This document shows, in pieces, positions 9,289-19,958 of a stretch of DNA of 64,000 bases. Origin of the DNA: a virus. Its lineage: Duplodnaviria; Caudoviricetes. The first letter of the stretch is position 1; the number at the start of each line of letters is the position of its first letter. The notes under the pieces are model-generated. The model searched no databases, was not told where the DNA came from, and was given only the letters and a program-made list of their open reading frames with translations. The stretch covers positions 4,213-68,212 of IMG/VR virus record IMGVR_UViG_3300028591_000198; one strand, 5' to 3'. Made by a program: the position numbers and the translations under genes.

Positions 9289-11838
9289 TTATTCACTTCC
9301 TTTCTGTTGAATGATTTCGGAAATATCAACTGTATATACGATATGATTGAATTGATCCTTCTGAAGATTATGAGATATCAGAAACATCTGTTCCATACCC
9401 AGAACAGACATCATAGATTCCAACATAAGAATGAAACTATCTCGGATAGACATATCCAGATATGCATCAATCTCATCAACCAATGGTACAGAATAAGACG
9501 TCATGGATGATGATAATGATAATGACAGAGCCAATGATAACAATGTTGATTCTGATTGAGAACCGTATCTGATATCTTGAGATCTGTTATTATTACATCT
9601 GAATGGGAGTGAGAATTGACTTTCATCAATGATCGGTTGTAATAATTCTATCTCACCATCATACATGACGTTCAATAATTTGTTTGCTGTTGATATCGCT
9701 CGATCAACTGTGTCACGGATTGCAATTACTGGCATTCCTTTTGTAGATGATGTTGCCTCTGCAATCGCTTTAAATGTTGAATCATTGGATAAATGTTGTT
9801 CAATCTCTGTTGTTGTTTTTGTATATTGATCCACCGCTTTCTCTAATATATCCAAATCATTCGTGATGATAGACGATTGATTATATAATCCTTGATATTG
9901 TGCATACACGGATTGATATTCTTCTTCCGCATTCTTTAATTTCTGAACAGACGATTCTAATTGTAAACGTGAACGTTCCAGTTGTGTGATATCAATTCTC
10001 TGAATATTGGATATCATGAGTCGTTTCCGATCAATATCATTCAATTCATATTCAATTGATTTAATATCTCTGGTAATCTGTTCACGTTTATCTGTTAATG
10101 ATTCAACTTTTTGTTTCAATGTATCGATGGCGTTCTCATCAATATCTGTGAATATCTGATCTTTCATCATACTGTATGTTTGTTCCGCTTCATGTAGTTG
10201 TTGGATATACTTCGTACGAGTTTCTGATTTTGCTGCTTCTTCTATTAGATATTTGATATAATCCACATCAATTCCTGATTCACCCTGTCTACAGCGATGC
10301 ATCATATTTTTGATATCAAATAGATTTCGTAATTGTGAATCAATGTCAATATTAATCAATCTCTTAATTGTCAGAATATTCTTGTATGCATGATCGAATT
10401 GTTCCAAATCATATTGTGTGAACTTTCCTTTTGATTTGGATTGATATGATTTGAAGTAAGTATTGAATGCCTCATAGACGTTTCGATACAGACAATTTTG
10501 TATGATACAGGGGTTTTCATTGTCTGGAATATCACCAGAGACATTCAACATCATGGAACGAATATGAGATATCATCGTCTTCTCTTTTTCAGAATCCATC
10601 AATGATGCACCTTCTTGCATTAAGAACGCGGAAATATCAATATCATGATCAATCATTTGAATGAATATATCCATATGATTCTGATTCAAAGACGATGTAA
10701 TTTCTTTACAGGTGGAATTGATTGCTTGTGCCAAAGATAACATACTAAACAGATATTGAGACGACATCTGAACATCTGTCTCAATCGTAATCTCATTAAT
10801 CTGTTTCTTTAAAGAATCGATGGTTTGTTCCATTCGTTCTTTATCCGCTTTGATTTGTTTAAACTCAATCATTGCTGTTTCAATATTATGCATCTTGTCA
10901 TATGTATCATCAATCTCTTTGAATATGATTTGTAACTCCGCATTCTTATCTGATATCTCTTTATTCTTTTGAATCTGAGCTTCGACCAAAGTATCATGTA
11001 AAGACGGATCCAAAGAACCACCAATCGAATCAATTGCTGATTTATATTCACCAATTGAATTCATGACACGGGATAATTCTGCATCGACATTCTGTTGGCG
11101 CAATGTGTGAATGATTCCGGATAAAGCATCCTTACGAGATTTCAGTGTTTGCAGTTCATATTCCATCTTTTCTTTTTGAGAACGCTTTTCATCCAACTTT
11201 GCAAACAACGTCTCGAATGATCCATACGTTTGTAACAGATATTCTTTGGTATGATTCAGAGATGTGATCAGTTTATTTGTAAAACGATAATCATCTGTCG
11301 CTAATTTATGAATCTTATCATAGATATCGATTCCCATGGCTTTGTTTAACAATGTCTTTCGTTGTGTTGCACCCATGCCTGAAAATGACGTCAAATTCGT
11401 TCCGTTAATTATGAATTGGAATATATACTTATTTATACCCAGATGCTTTTCGATTAAGGTATTGCCTGTTGTGACACCACCACTGGGATTCAATTCTTCT
11501 CCATCCATCACAATCGACGTGGAGACAGTATGTGATTTCCCGGTTGGTCGATAGGTGTGTGTGATATTATACACATGGCCATTTACTTCATATACGATAT
11601 TCTTTAATCCGATTTCATTCGGGATAATCAATGACAAATCATTTCGTTCATCACCTGTCAGATTGATGGATGAAAACGGATGATGTTGTTGGATCATAAC
11701 GGTTTTGCCACAACGGTTTCTTCCATATAATTGGATGATGGGTTGTTTAATTCTATCATATTGGAATTCGATTTCATTTAAACCTGTTGCGGCTTTGACA
11801 CCAATGAAATTGACCAACTTCAAATATTGAATTCTCAT
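9289..11838 (-). CDS. sbcC: SbcC/Rad50/SMC-family ATPase
   Basis: Walker A GRNRCGKT, long coiled coil, signature YGSQSE, Walker B VDEID; RBS AAAGGAG. Confidence 0.85.
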   Translation of the reverse strand: MRIQYLKLVNFIGVKAATGLNEIEFQYDRIKQPIIQLYGRNRCGKTVMIQQHHPFSSINLTGDERNDLSLIIPNEIGLKNIVYEVNGHVYNITHTYRPTGKSHTVSTSIVMDGEELNPSGGVTTGNTLIEKHLGINKYIFQFIINGTNLTSFSGMGATQRKTLLNKAMGIDIYDKIHKLATDDYRFTNKLITSLNHTKEYLLQTYGSFETLFAKLDEKRSQKEKMEYELQTLKSRKDALSGIIHTLRQQNVDAELSRVMNSIGEYKSAIDSIGGSLDPSLHDTLVEAQIQKNKEISDKNAELQIIFKEIDDTYDKMHNIETAMIEFKQIKADKERMEQTIDSLKKQINEITIETDVQMSSQYLFSMLSLAQAINSTCKEITSSLNQNHMDIFIQMIDHDIDISAFLMQEGASLMDSEKEKTMISHIRSMMLNVSGDIPDNENPCIIQNCLYRNVYEAFNTYFKSYQSKSKGKFTQYDLEQFDHAYKNILTIKRLINIDIDSQLRNLFDIKNMMHRCRQGESGIDVDYIKYLIEEAAKSETRTKYIQQLHEAEQTYSMMKDQIFTDIDENAIDTLKQKVESLTDKREQITRDIKSIEYELNDIDRKRLMISNIQRIDITQLERSRLQLESSVQKLKNAEEEYQSVYAQYQGLYNQSSIITNDLDILEKAVDQYTKTTTEIEQHLSNDSTFKAIAEATSSTKGMPVIAIRDTVDRAISTANKLLNVMYDGEIELLQPIIDESQFSLPFRCNNNRSQDIRYGSQSESTLLSLALSLSLSSSMTSYSVPLVDEIDAYLDMSIRDSFILMLESMMSVLGMEQMFLISHNLQKDQFNHIVYTVDISEIIQQKGSE

Positions 11839-11861
11839 GAGAAGAACTCCTTTCTTATATT

Positions 11862-11886
11862 TCATTTAAATTATATATTTAAATGA
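11862..11886. promoter_or_regulatory. AT-rich inverted repeat in a divergent promoter region
   Basis: TCATTTAAAT-tatat-ATTTAAATGA; the minus strand resembles the early motif (ATATATAATTTAAATG). Confidence 0.45.
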
Positions 11887-11988
11887 GAGAAAAAATAAAT
11901 TTTTTATTGTACATATATGGTTGCTATGTATCGGGAAGAGAAATTTTCTCATTTCGATAAAATTCTATTCAGAAAGAGGAGATTAAAA

Positions 11989-12660
11989 ATGGCTGGTAAC
12001 ATCAACTATGCAGATCGGCAGAAGCGTTTCATGGAGACATTCAAAGACGATCCGATTCTCACGACAACTTTGCCTGAAGTTGCGGCAAAATTGTTTCGTA
12101 CAGAGTTCGGAGTTTCCATTGATGATCTTACGTATATTCCGATCGTATGGTCCGTCACATGGTCTAGACTGTTGAATTTCATTCACAGTCAAAAGACTGA
12201 CTCATTCTCTGTACATCTGTGTGGATTCACGATTGAATACATGACAGAATATTCAGAATCCGATAAGTCAACGAATATCGTACCGGAAATGTATCATGAA
12301 TTCATTCCGATTTTCACGAATCGTCATCATGATGTCGTTGCGGGTTCTGATTATAACAGAGATTTGATCAACAAGTATAATGCATGGAGATCTGAGAATT
12401 CCACAGAAACAATTGACATGGTTGAACGTGAGGTATTCAATGAAGTCAATGAAAAGTATGGAATCTGGTTGATGGTGTCTGCATCTGTAATGCCGCTGAT
12501 GGCTGCGATCTATGCAGCCGGTGTGACAATCGCGAGAGAAAAGCATATACCTGTGAATATGTATAATTGGTTCACGATTACCGCTCGCGATAATGATAAG
12601 ATTATTCTGACACCTCTGGCTCCGATTAAGCAGGGTCTGAAAGATGATGCAAAGAAATAA
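11989..12660 (+). CDS. hypothetical protein
   Basis: RBS AGAGGAG before ATG 11989; upstream of the tubulin gene. Confidence 0.75.
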   Translation: MAGNINYADRQKRFMETFKDDPILTTTLPEVAAKLFRTEFGVSIDDLTYIPIVWSVTWSRLLNFIHSQKTDSFSVHLCGFTIEYMTEYSESDKSTNIVPEMYHEFIPIFTNRHHDVVAGSDYNRDLINKYNAWRSENSTETIDMVEREVFNEVNEKYGIWLMVSASVMPLMAAIYAAGVTIAREKHIPVNMYNWFTITARDNDKIILTPLAPIKQGLKDDAKK

Positions 12661-12667
12661 TGGCACA

Positions 12668-12696
12668 TCATGGATGGGTGAATAGCCCATCCATGA
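12668..12696. repeat. hairpin (divergent family member)
   Basis: TCATGGATGGG-tgaatag-CCCATCCATGA, no U-tract. Confidence 0.7.
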
Positions 12697-12762
12697 CGTA
12701 TTATGTAATGGCGATTCTGTCATTATCATAAACAATCAACATTTGTTGAAAGGAGTATTTCT

Positions 12763-13851
12763 ATGTCAATCAATCTTTTAATTGGTATCGGTAATGCCGG
12801 AACACAGATTGTGAAAGCTGCATCAAATTCATCTGTATTACAGGATGTCAAAATGTTCACAGTTGATTCTGTTGCAAACACTGATCCAAAAGACTCAGCC
12901 AATATCACGAACATACCAATCATGGCAGATGATAAGAACGGCTCGGGTCGTTCTCGTGAACGTGGTGCGGCAATGTTCGACTTTCATGATCAGAATGGTA
13001 CATTTGATGAATTATACAAGTTTGCAGAAACTGCCAAATCTCCAATCATCATCGTGACCTCTGCTGCAGGTGGAACCGGATCCGGTTCTGCTCCGGAACT
13101 CTGTAAAGCAATCTCCAAGAGAACTGATTGCCAGATCATTCCATTCATTATTTGTCCTTCACTGAAAGACCCTGATGCATTCCATCTGAATACAATGGAT
13201 CTGATGTTGGAACTGGAAGAGGCTGAAATCAAAACATACTGCATATTCAGAAATGAATATGGCACAGCGGATTATTCAAAGATCAATTCGGAAGTTGTGA
13301 CCGCAATTGAATTGATTCTTGGAAAACACTTCCATTCTACATCAAAAGATTCCATTGATGATTCTGATCTGGATATGCTGTTATCAACACCAGGAAGATT
13401 CATTGCAGTTGAAGTAACATCAACCAGTTCCACAAATCTGAAACATCTCATCACTGAGAAAGTCCTCCATGGTTATCAACCTGGATGGAGTAAAGAAGAC
13501 AGCATCAATACAACAATGATGGCTGCATACTCTCTGGAGTCCCCGTTTGCAACAACTGACTTCCAAGAGGTTTTCTCCGAGATCAATCAACGTATTGAAC
13601 ATCGTTTTGATGAATATCGGAATATCTGTGACAAAGACGAAAGTATGACAGCATCATTGATTGTTGCTGGATTACCTCGTGCTGAATTGAAACAGATTGA
13701 TTCTGAATTCCATGAAGTCGGCGGTATTGCTGATGGAATTAAGAAGACTTCCCGTCCAGCGTTTATGAAACGCAAATCGACAATTCGTTCTGTACCGAAA
13801 TCGAAAGAAAAGGATGACAGCGCGAAAAGCATCGTAAACTGGACGGAATAA
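12763..13851 (+). CDS. tubulin/FtsZ-family GTPase (PhuZ/TubZ-like)
   Basis: GIGNAG, GSGRSRERG, signature AGGTGSG, T7-like SIDDSDL; basic disordered tail. Confidence 0.85.
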   Translation: MSINLLIGIGNAGTQIVKAASNSSVLQDVKMFTVDSVANTDPKDSANITNIPIMADDKNGSGRSRERGAAMFDFHDQNGTFDELYKFAETAKSPIIIVTSAAGGTGSGSAPELCKAISKRTDCQIIPFIICPSLKDPDAFHLNTMDLMLELEEAEIKTYCIFRNEYGTADYSKINSEVVTAIELILGKHFHSTSKDSIDDSDLDMLLSTPGRFIAVEVTSTSSTNLKHLITEKVLHGYQPGWSKEDSINTTMMAAYSLESPFATTDFQEVFSEINQRIEHRFDEYRNICDKDESMTASLIVAGLPRAELKQIDSEFHEVGGIADGIKKTSRPAFMKRKSTIRSVPKSKEKDDSAKSIVNWTE

Positions 13852-13947
13852 TTATGTATCAAAGATATTCTTGAATTGAATAGATACATAATTATGCCGA
13901 TATTCAATACTCAAGAATATCTAAAAATCATAAGGAGGAAACATGCC

Positions 13948-14886
13948 ATGTCAACAGCCTATTCTCAAATGTATCCTGGTGATGTGAATTTCCTTGACAG
14001 TGTCGAATCGTATATGATGAAATCCAATGTTCAGACAGGTTTGACACCACAGGAAAATCTCGCCATCACGGAACAAGCCCGCACAGCATTGTATTCTTAC
14101 GATGTTCAGTGTATGCCAAGAATCGCGGACAAGATCCTTCATGCGAATATGGATATCGATCAGGAAGCAAGAGCTCTCTGGATCGCTTTCTATAATCATT
14201 CGCTTGATCCGGTGTTTGTCAAATTCTTGATGCAGTACCTGCACGGAAGAAGTGATACAATCCTGAACGGAAAAATCGGTGCACTCTTGACCAAGGTCAT
14301 CGGTAAGTATGTCGAAGATCATCTGAAGAAAGAGAAGACCGATGGAAAGAAGTCCGATAAAAAGGACTCCAAGGAGAAGAAAGAAGAGAGCGACGATGTT
14401 CTTGATAATATTAAGCATATCGAAATCGCTGTCGAAAAGCTTCTCGGCTCCACTGCAATTACAATCGAACAGTTCTGTGGAAATCTCTCTCACGCAGATG
14501 CATTGTATATTGCTTCCTGCATTGCTATGAGCTCTCAAGAAACAATTACTGAGATTTTGAATTCAGATCTTCCGATTACTGCAGATCTCTTCAATGAGTT
14601 CACACCATATGATCCGCTTGTCATGGCGGCGTTGAGATTAAAGAAGTCTGAAGTTCCGCTGAAGCCGACTGCGAATCAGACGGCATTCCTGGAATCTCTG
14701 AAGCGTTGGGTATTCGATAAACTGGATACCATCAATGGCGGTGCATATAAGTGTTATCAGTTCCTGGTATATACATACGGATCCGTGAAACCGGATGTCT
14801 CTCCGTATTATATCCAGATCAAGGACTGCGGCACCATTAAACCCAATCTGATTCAAGCGGCGAAGCAGATTGTGAATAGCAAATAA
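13948..14886 (+). CDS. hypothetical protein
   Basis: RBS AAGGAGG before ATG 13948; C-ending codon bias. Confidence 0.8.
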   Translation: MSTAYSQMYPGDVNFLDSVESYMMKSNVQTGLTPQENLAITEQARTALYSYDVQCMPRIADKILHANMDIDQEARALWIAFYNHSLDPVFVKFLMQYLHGRSDTILNGKIGALLTKVIGKYVEDHLKKEKTDGKKSDKKDSKEKKEESDDVLDNIKHIEIAVEKLLGSTAITIEQFCGNLSHADALYIASCIAMSSQETITEILNSDLPITADLFNEFTPYDPLVMAALRLKKSEVPLKPTANQTAFLESLKRWVFDKLDTINGGAYKCYQFLVYTYGSVKPDVSPYYIQIKDCGTIKPNLIQAAKQIVNSK

Positions 14887-14899
14887 GGAGGAGTTTACA

Positions 14900-15406
14900 A
14901 TGCTGGAAAAAATCAACCCCAATGTTCATCGTATCCTCGAACCGATTATCAGAGACATGACATCGATCCATATGCTCGAGATGTCTCAGCCGATGATCGG
15001 TTCCAATAATCGCGGTGATCAGTTCAAGCGTGAAAAGCAGGCATGTGTTCATATGATCTTCAATGGATCAAGTCCGTATCCGGAATGCCAGCTCGAAAAG
15101 ACTGCTGATGATAAGCTGAGATGCAAAATCTGTGGCAGAGAAATCTATTCGAAGTTCGATGGCAAGAATGTCGAGATGCTTCTTGATGCTCGCAAGGTCG
15201 TTGAGCAGGTGATGTTCTTCGGCATGGTCAATAACATGACTCCGGAGATCGTTCAGGCGTGTATCGACATGAAGAAGATGCTTCCTGATCTTGCACAGGT
15301 CACATCCGAGTTGAATGAATTCGTTAAGCGCGAAGAAAGCAACAACGATGCTGTCGGCAACATCGGCGAAGAGTATCGCTTCAATAACATCACTTCAATG
15401 TATTAA
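14900..15406 (+). CDS. putative Zn-binding protein
   Basis: RBS AAGGAGG; ECQ...RCKICG. Confidence 0.7.
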   Translation: MLEKINPNVHRILEPIIRDMTSIHMLEMSQPMIGSNNRGDQFKREKQACVHMIFNGSSPYPECQLEKTADDKLRCKICGREIYSKFDGKNVEMLLDARKVVEQVMFFGMVNNMTPEIVQACIDMKKMLPDLAQVTSELNEFVKREESNNDAVGNIGEEYRFNNITSMY

Positions 15407-15417
15407 TCGATGGATAT

Positions 15418-15441
15418 ATGTGGGGGCGTTTGCCCCCACAT
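15418..15441. repeat. GGGGC/GCCCC hairpin repeat, terminator between convergent genes
   Basis: ATGTGGGGGC-gttt-GCCCCCACAT followed by T-runs. Confidence 0.85.
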
Positions 15442-15456
15442 CCATTTTATTTTTTT

Positions 15457-16776
15457 TTATAAATATTCTCGTCCCATAAAAGTCATACCATAATTTGTGC
15501 ATAGATTCATAGCGGTTTGTGCAACAAATAAATTTCCAGAAGTGTTTGTCAATACGTGACAGACATATTTCATTCTGTATGAATCATCAATCTTCAGACC
15601 TCGTATCGGAGATTCAAATACAAGATTCACACGAGCATTTGGTTTAAATAAAGCAATATCAAAACCAGCGCCAGATAAATCTATTTGCGTTATCTTTTCA
15701 TTGATTCTTGCAGCTTCCTGAAATGAGATGTAATCTTTCGGTGATTTGTGAAGTATGTTCTTTTGCTCAATACGATTTTGCAATTTATCTATGCTACTGA
15801 CATCGAATAAACGGGTTAAGTCAGCATATCTAAATCTAGCATCTTGTACATCAACATCTTCAATACGTTCTGGATTCAATACCCGTTCGATATCAGATTC
15901 TGTTAATACAGATGCATTTGATGCATATGTTTGTAAGCGATATATTGTGCTTGTTGCACGGAATACACCGGATTCATCAGAATTTGTTTTTTCAGAACGA
16001 ACATAGATTGGAACAAGTGTTGTTCCATTGTCTACAGATGAATCACACAAATACATCATAGATGGATGTTGTGTAATATCATAATACAACATTCCACCAT
16101 GACGATATAAACCATAATATCGTTCAAAGAATGTGAATGCCTCGATACACATCATATTTGGAATAAGAATCTGATTATATCGATTTTGATTATGTACTGG
16201 ATCGATATGGATCCGGTTCTCAGATAATCCAACGCGATTCATGATATCATGACAGACAGTTTCTAATGTTGTATCACGATAAATAGATGGAACACGTTGT
16301 CTCATCTGATGGATGATATCTTCGTCATATATAAATAACTCGAATTCCACTTTTGAGTCCACATTCAAATTTGTTTCATCTCTCAAACCCTGTTTGAATT
16401 GATCCATCTTTGAAACAGGGAGATTCTTATTTTCCATATAAGCTTTTCCAAATACAATCAGGGATTCTGTGGATGCTACCTTTGATGTTGTATTGGAATC
16501 TTTGTCTGTTTTATATATACCACCATTCGCATGGAATCCGGCATATACATTATCAGGATCACTGGTGATATTTTCTACCACACCCATATCTGCATAAAAT
16601 CTCATGCGGATAATCGGATATGTTGCAGTATCATAACGATGAATGATGGATATTGAGATAATGTCCGATGAAGGTATCTGTTGTACAATTGGATCTGTTG
16701 TTGTTTGTACACCAATGGATATTGTACTATCTATTTCATACATGACATTGTAAATCACATTTGCCAAAATGATCAC
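15457..16776 (-). CDS. probable baseplate hub (T4 gp27-like) protein
   Basis: 439 aa; C-terminal ...YRMKYVCHVL...QTAMNL resembles hub proteins; start uncertain (16776 or TTG 16767). Confidence 0.45.
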   Translation of the reverse strand: MIILANVIYNVMYEIDSTISIGVQTTTDPIVQQIPSSDIISISIIHRYDTATYPIIRMRFYADMGVVENITSDPDNVYAGFHANGGIYKTDKDSNTTSKVASTESLIVFGKAYMENKNLPVSKMDQFKQGLRDETNLNVDSKVEFELFIYDEDIIHQMRQRVPSIYRDTTLETVCHDIMNRVGLSENRIHIDPVHNQNRYNQILIPNMMCIEAFTFFERYYGLYRHGGMLYYDITQHPSMMYLCDSSVDNGTTLVPIYVRSEKTNSDESGVFRATSTIYRLQTYASNASVLTESDIERVLNPERIEDVDVQDARFRYADLTRLFDVSSIDKLQNRIEQKNILHKSPKDYISFQEAARINEKITQIDLSGAGFDIALFKPNARVNLVFESPIRGLKIDDSYRMKYVCHVLTNTSGNLFVAQTAMNLCTNYGMTFMGREYL

Positions 16777-16859
16777 TCCTTTTCAATGTGAAAGGTCATC
16801 GACCCTTTTATAAGCCCGTATACTAATATAATACGGCATGATTTTAAATAGAAAGGGTA

Positions 16860-17822
16860 ATGGTTATGATTCAATTTATTCAAGAAGCGGCAGTCGACCT
16901 GCCGCGTCTTTCTCAATCTTCTCTTTTCCAGAAGTTCGATAAACAAAGCAATTTGTATGCGAATGTTCGAGCAGAGATTTCCAATCCCGAAGCACGTGTG
17001 AAACCAAGTGAAATGAAAGATATCATGGCACTGATTCGTTTGAATGGTTCACCGACAGCAAAACAAGCTGTTTCTAAATTTGAGACAGGTGAAATGGTTC
17101 TGATCTTCAATAAAGAGAGATCCAAGATTCCGAATGTATTACCGTTCATTGTCATTCAGGGTAAAAACGGAAAGACAACTCCGTTTGTATTTGCAGATAA
17201 GGTCGTTACCAATCTGACCTCTCCTGCGGAGTATACAAATCTGATGGCTGCAATGGAAGCAGCATATCTTGCTGCATGCCTGAGTGCAAAGCCGAATCAG
17301 TTCTTACTGAACAGACAATTCATGTTGTCGATGTGTTCATTATATAATTATCTCTGGATTATGCCTTTGGAGCAGAAGCTCTATGTGAAAGGAGATAATT
17401 TGACCAAAGCGATGATGTATGTTACATCGTATTTCTATCGTATGATTGATGGAAATAAAATGGATGCAAAGAATATTCCGTTCAATCGTATTCTGAAAGA
17501 TCGTGTACCACAAGCACAAATTGATCAGATTGTGACAGAGGTGAAAACGATGCCTTCATTGGCAATTGGAAATCTGATCAATCTGATCAAACAAATCAAT
17601 CCTGTGAGATATGAGAATCTGGATGCAACATTCATTTCGAATTTCACACAATCATGTGGAATTTCGTTGATATTTGCTCTGGAGAATCTTCAGTATTTAT
17701 TCTTACTGATGACTTCTTCGAATTACAAAACAAAACTTACCGCATATGGATTGAATAAAACCGCTTCTGATACAGTAAAGAAATGTGTGTCTATGCTGAG
17801 TAGCATGCGTGTTACTTATTAA
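16860..17822 (+). CDS. hypothetical protein
   Basis: 320 aa ORF heading the operon with the portal gene. Confidence 0.75.
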   Translation: MVMIQFIQEAAVDLPRLSQSSLFQKFDKQSNLYANVRAEISNPEARVKPSEMKDIMALIRLNGSPTAKQAVSKFETGEMVLIFNKERSKIPNVLPFIVIQGKNGKTTPFVFADKVVTNLTSPAEYTNLMAAMEAAYLAACLSAKPNQFLLNRQFMLSMCSLYNYLWIMPLEQKLYVKGDNLTKAMMYVTSYFYRMIDGNKMDAKNIPFNRILKDRVPQAQIDQIVTEVKTMPSLAIGNLINLIKQINPVRYENLDATFISNFTQSCGISLIFALENLQYLFLLMTSSNYKTKLTAYGLNKTASDTVKKCVSMLSSMRVTY

Positions 17823-17836
17823 AGGAGCTGATAAAT

Positions 17837-19936
17837 ATGGATCCAATTAATCCTTTCAAACCGACAACAATGGAAGTGGATCTTGTTTCATCGGGTACGA
17901 CAAGAGGTGGTAAAACCGCTCCGGTTGTTCGAATTGATTTGTTTTCCGATCAGGCTGTTGAAAAGGACACAAAGCTCGTTGCCACAGATTCTACCAGAAG
18001 AGGAACGGGAGCTGTTAAAATCGATCCAGGTGCTCGAATTGATTTGGTTTCCGAATCATCAAATCCATCGCATATTATTGAAAGGGAAACAAAGATCGTT
18101 GCCACGGGTTCTACCAGAAATGGAACAAGTCCGGCTGATGTTGCAAATGCGATGGCTGGATATTATAATGGCACGAATTTAAACATCTATCCACCGTATA
18201 AACCGGACAAATTGTATTACAGTCCTGAAGAAGGCAACTTCCCAATTGTTCGTTCATCCACTGGTGGTTTGTATAGGACGGTCATTCAAAATGCTGCGAT
18301 CAGACCTGCATGGCATATGCATGAAAACCTTGGATGGTTTCAAGCCGAAAAGGTTGGACAAGTTCAGTTTGCAAAAATGCCCAATATGCATATCACCAGC
18401 AAACCATCATTGGAACCATTACAAGAGAAAGCAACCGATGAATATCCCGCTGAATACAAGATGGGTGCTTCTGCTACACCCGGAAATGAGTATGGAAAAG
18501 TAAATGATCATTTTCTGTATCAATTCCGTGCTGCGGTTACATTTGTGAATCCGGAAAACAATCCGGCAAAACGTCAAATCATGGATTATGGATTAGAGAA
18601 TGCCGAGAAGGGTGTTTCTATTGCAGAATACGGCATTGATGATCCAATGCATCCAGAACCAATTGAAGTACGAAAAGCGACAGATGAGAGAAATGCAACG
18701 CCCGAAGTTCCAATATCTCCGTTACATACATTCACGAGATCATATCCGGAACGCGCACGAAATGTAATTATGTCGTGTTATAATAGAACACGAATTCCGA
18801 TTGCAGATGTCGAACACAGAAAAGCGTTTCGTTATATCTTTATCACACGTCCAGAATGTTATCTCATGTCTTCTATGGATCGTCCATCTTTGCAGGCTGC
18901 TCAAGATGAAGATATGAATACATGTTTGGAAAGAGCTCCGCATATTCTTCAGATGTTGTCTCCGGTATATGTTACCGGTAATGCTTCTGCTCCATCGTAT
19001 GCAAACTGGAATTTCCTGTTGAGCAATCGTGTTCAAGGTTTGAATGCCGGAGGAAATACAATCAATCTGGTTGATACGATGACAAAGAGTGTTCGCGGAG
19101 CAACCGTCATTCCTGGTAAGAACCTAACAACAAATGTTGGCGGAACACTTGATCTCCAATTCATGGATGATAAATATATGGATGTGTATGAGATGTTGAG
19201 AATATGGATGTTGTATATTCATAAACGTCGTACAGGACAATTCTTCCCACCGTTCAACAATTATGCACAAATCAACGGATTCCCAGAAGCTTCTGGAGTT
19301 GGTACCGGAGCTGGTGGATTTATGTTGACACACCCGTATGACAGAGCATTGGAATACTGTGCGTCAATATTCGATATCATCACCAATGAAACGGGATCAA
19401 AGATTCTGTATTGGTGTAAATATTATGGAGTGTATCCAACGAATATTTCTTCCGCATTATTATCCAATGCAAGCAATTCGGCATTAACACAAACTGCCAA
19501 TGTGAACGCAACATTTCAATATCAATATAAACAAGAAAACTTGTTCAAGAATCTGGTTGAATTTAATTTCAATGCAGGTATTGTTGATAGCACTGGTAGG
19601 ATGCGTGATAATGTTGCAGCATATTTACGTGATTCGATCCCATTCTTATATCGTGAAGATGGTAAGGGTGGAACAAACACAACATCACCCCGACTGAAGA
19701 ATTATATTGGCGCTGCAAGTATGTTTACCGGTTCACCGTATATCACGACAGAAGTATCTGGTGATGTGAATCCATGGGCATATAAATCGTCTGGACGAGA
19801 ACTCGTACAAGCAAATCTGCGATTCATTCCATTGCACCATGTTGATGAACGTTTGGATGCAGTTATGAATTCCGGCATTACGAATGAATGGGTTCCGTCT
19901 GCGAACAAACGTTTTGAAATGACCATGCAATATTAA
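17837..19936 (+). CDS. tail-tube-like baseplate protein (T4 gp19/gp54 fold) with repetitive N-terminus
   Basis: LQFMDDKYMDVYEMLRIW and YYGVYPTNI...NATFQY motifs typical of tube-fold proteins. Confidence 0.5.
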   Translation: MDPINPFKPTTMEVDLVSSGTTRGGKTAPVVRIDLFSDQAVEKDTKLVATDSTRRGTGAVKIDPGARIDLVSESSNPSHIIERETKIVATGSTRNGTSPADVANAMAGYYNGTNLNIYPPYKPDKLYYSPEEGNFPIVRSSTGGLYRTVIQNAAIRPAWHMHENLGWFQAEKVGQVQFAKMPNMHITSKPSLEPLQEKATDEYPAEYKMGASATPGNEYGKVNDHFLYQFRAAVTFVNPENNPAKRQIMDYGLENAEKGVSIAEYGIDDPMHPEPIEVRKATDERNATPEVPISPLHTFTRSYPERARNVIMSCYNRTRIPIADVEHRKAFRYIFITRPECYLMSSMDRPSLQAAQDEDMNTCLERAPHILQMLSPVYVTGNASAPSYANWNFLLSNRVQGLNAGGNTINLVDTMTKSVRGATVIPGKNLTTNVGGTLDLQFMDDKYMDVYEMLRIWMLYIHKRRTGQFFPPFNNYAQINGFPEASGVGTGAGGFMLTHPYDRALEYCASIFDIITNETGSKILYWCKYYGVYPTNISSALLSNASNSALTQTANVNATFQYQYKQENLFKNLVEFNFNAGIVDSTGRMRDNVAAYLRDSIPFLYREDGKGGTNTTSPRLKNYIGAASMFTGSPYITTEVSGDVNPWAYKSSGRELVQANLRFIPLHHVDERLDAVMNSGITNEWVPSANKRFEMTMQY

Positions 19937-19958
19937 TATAGAAAGGAAGTGATATCAA

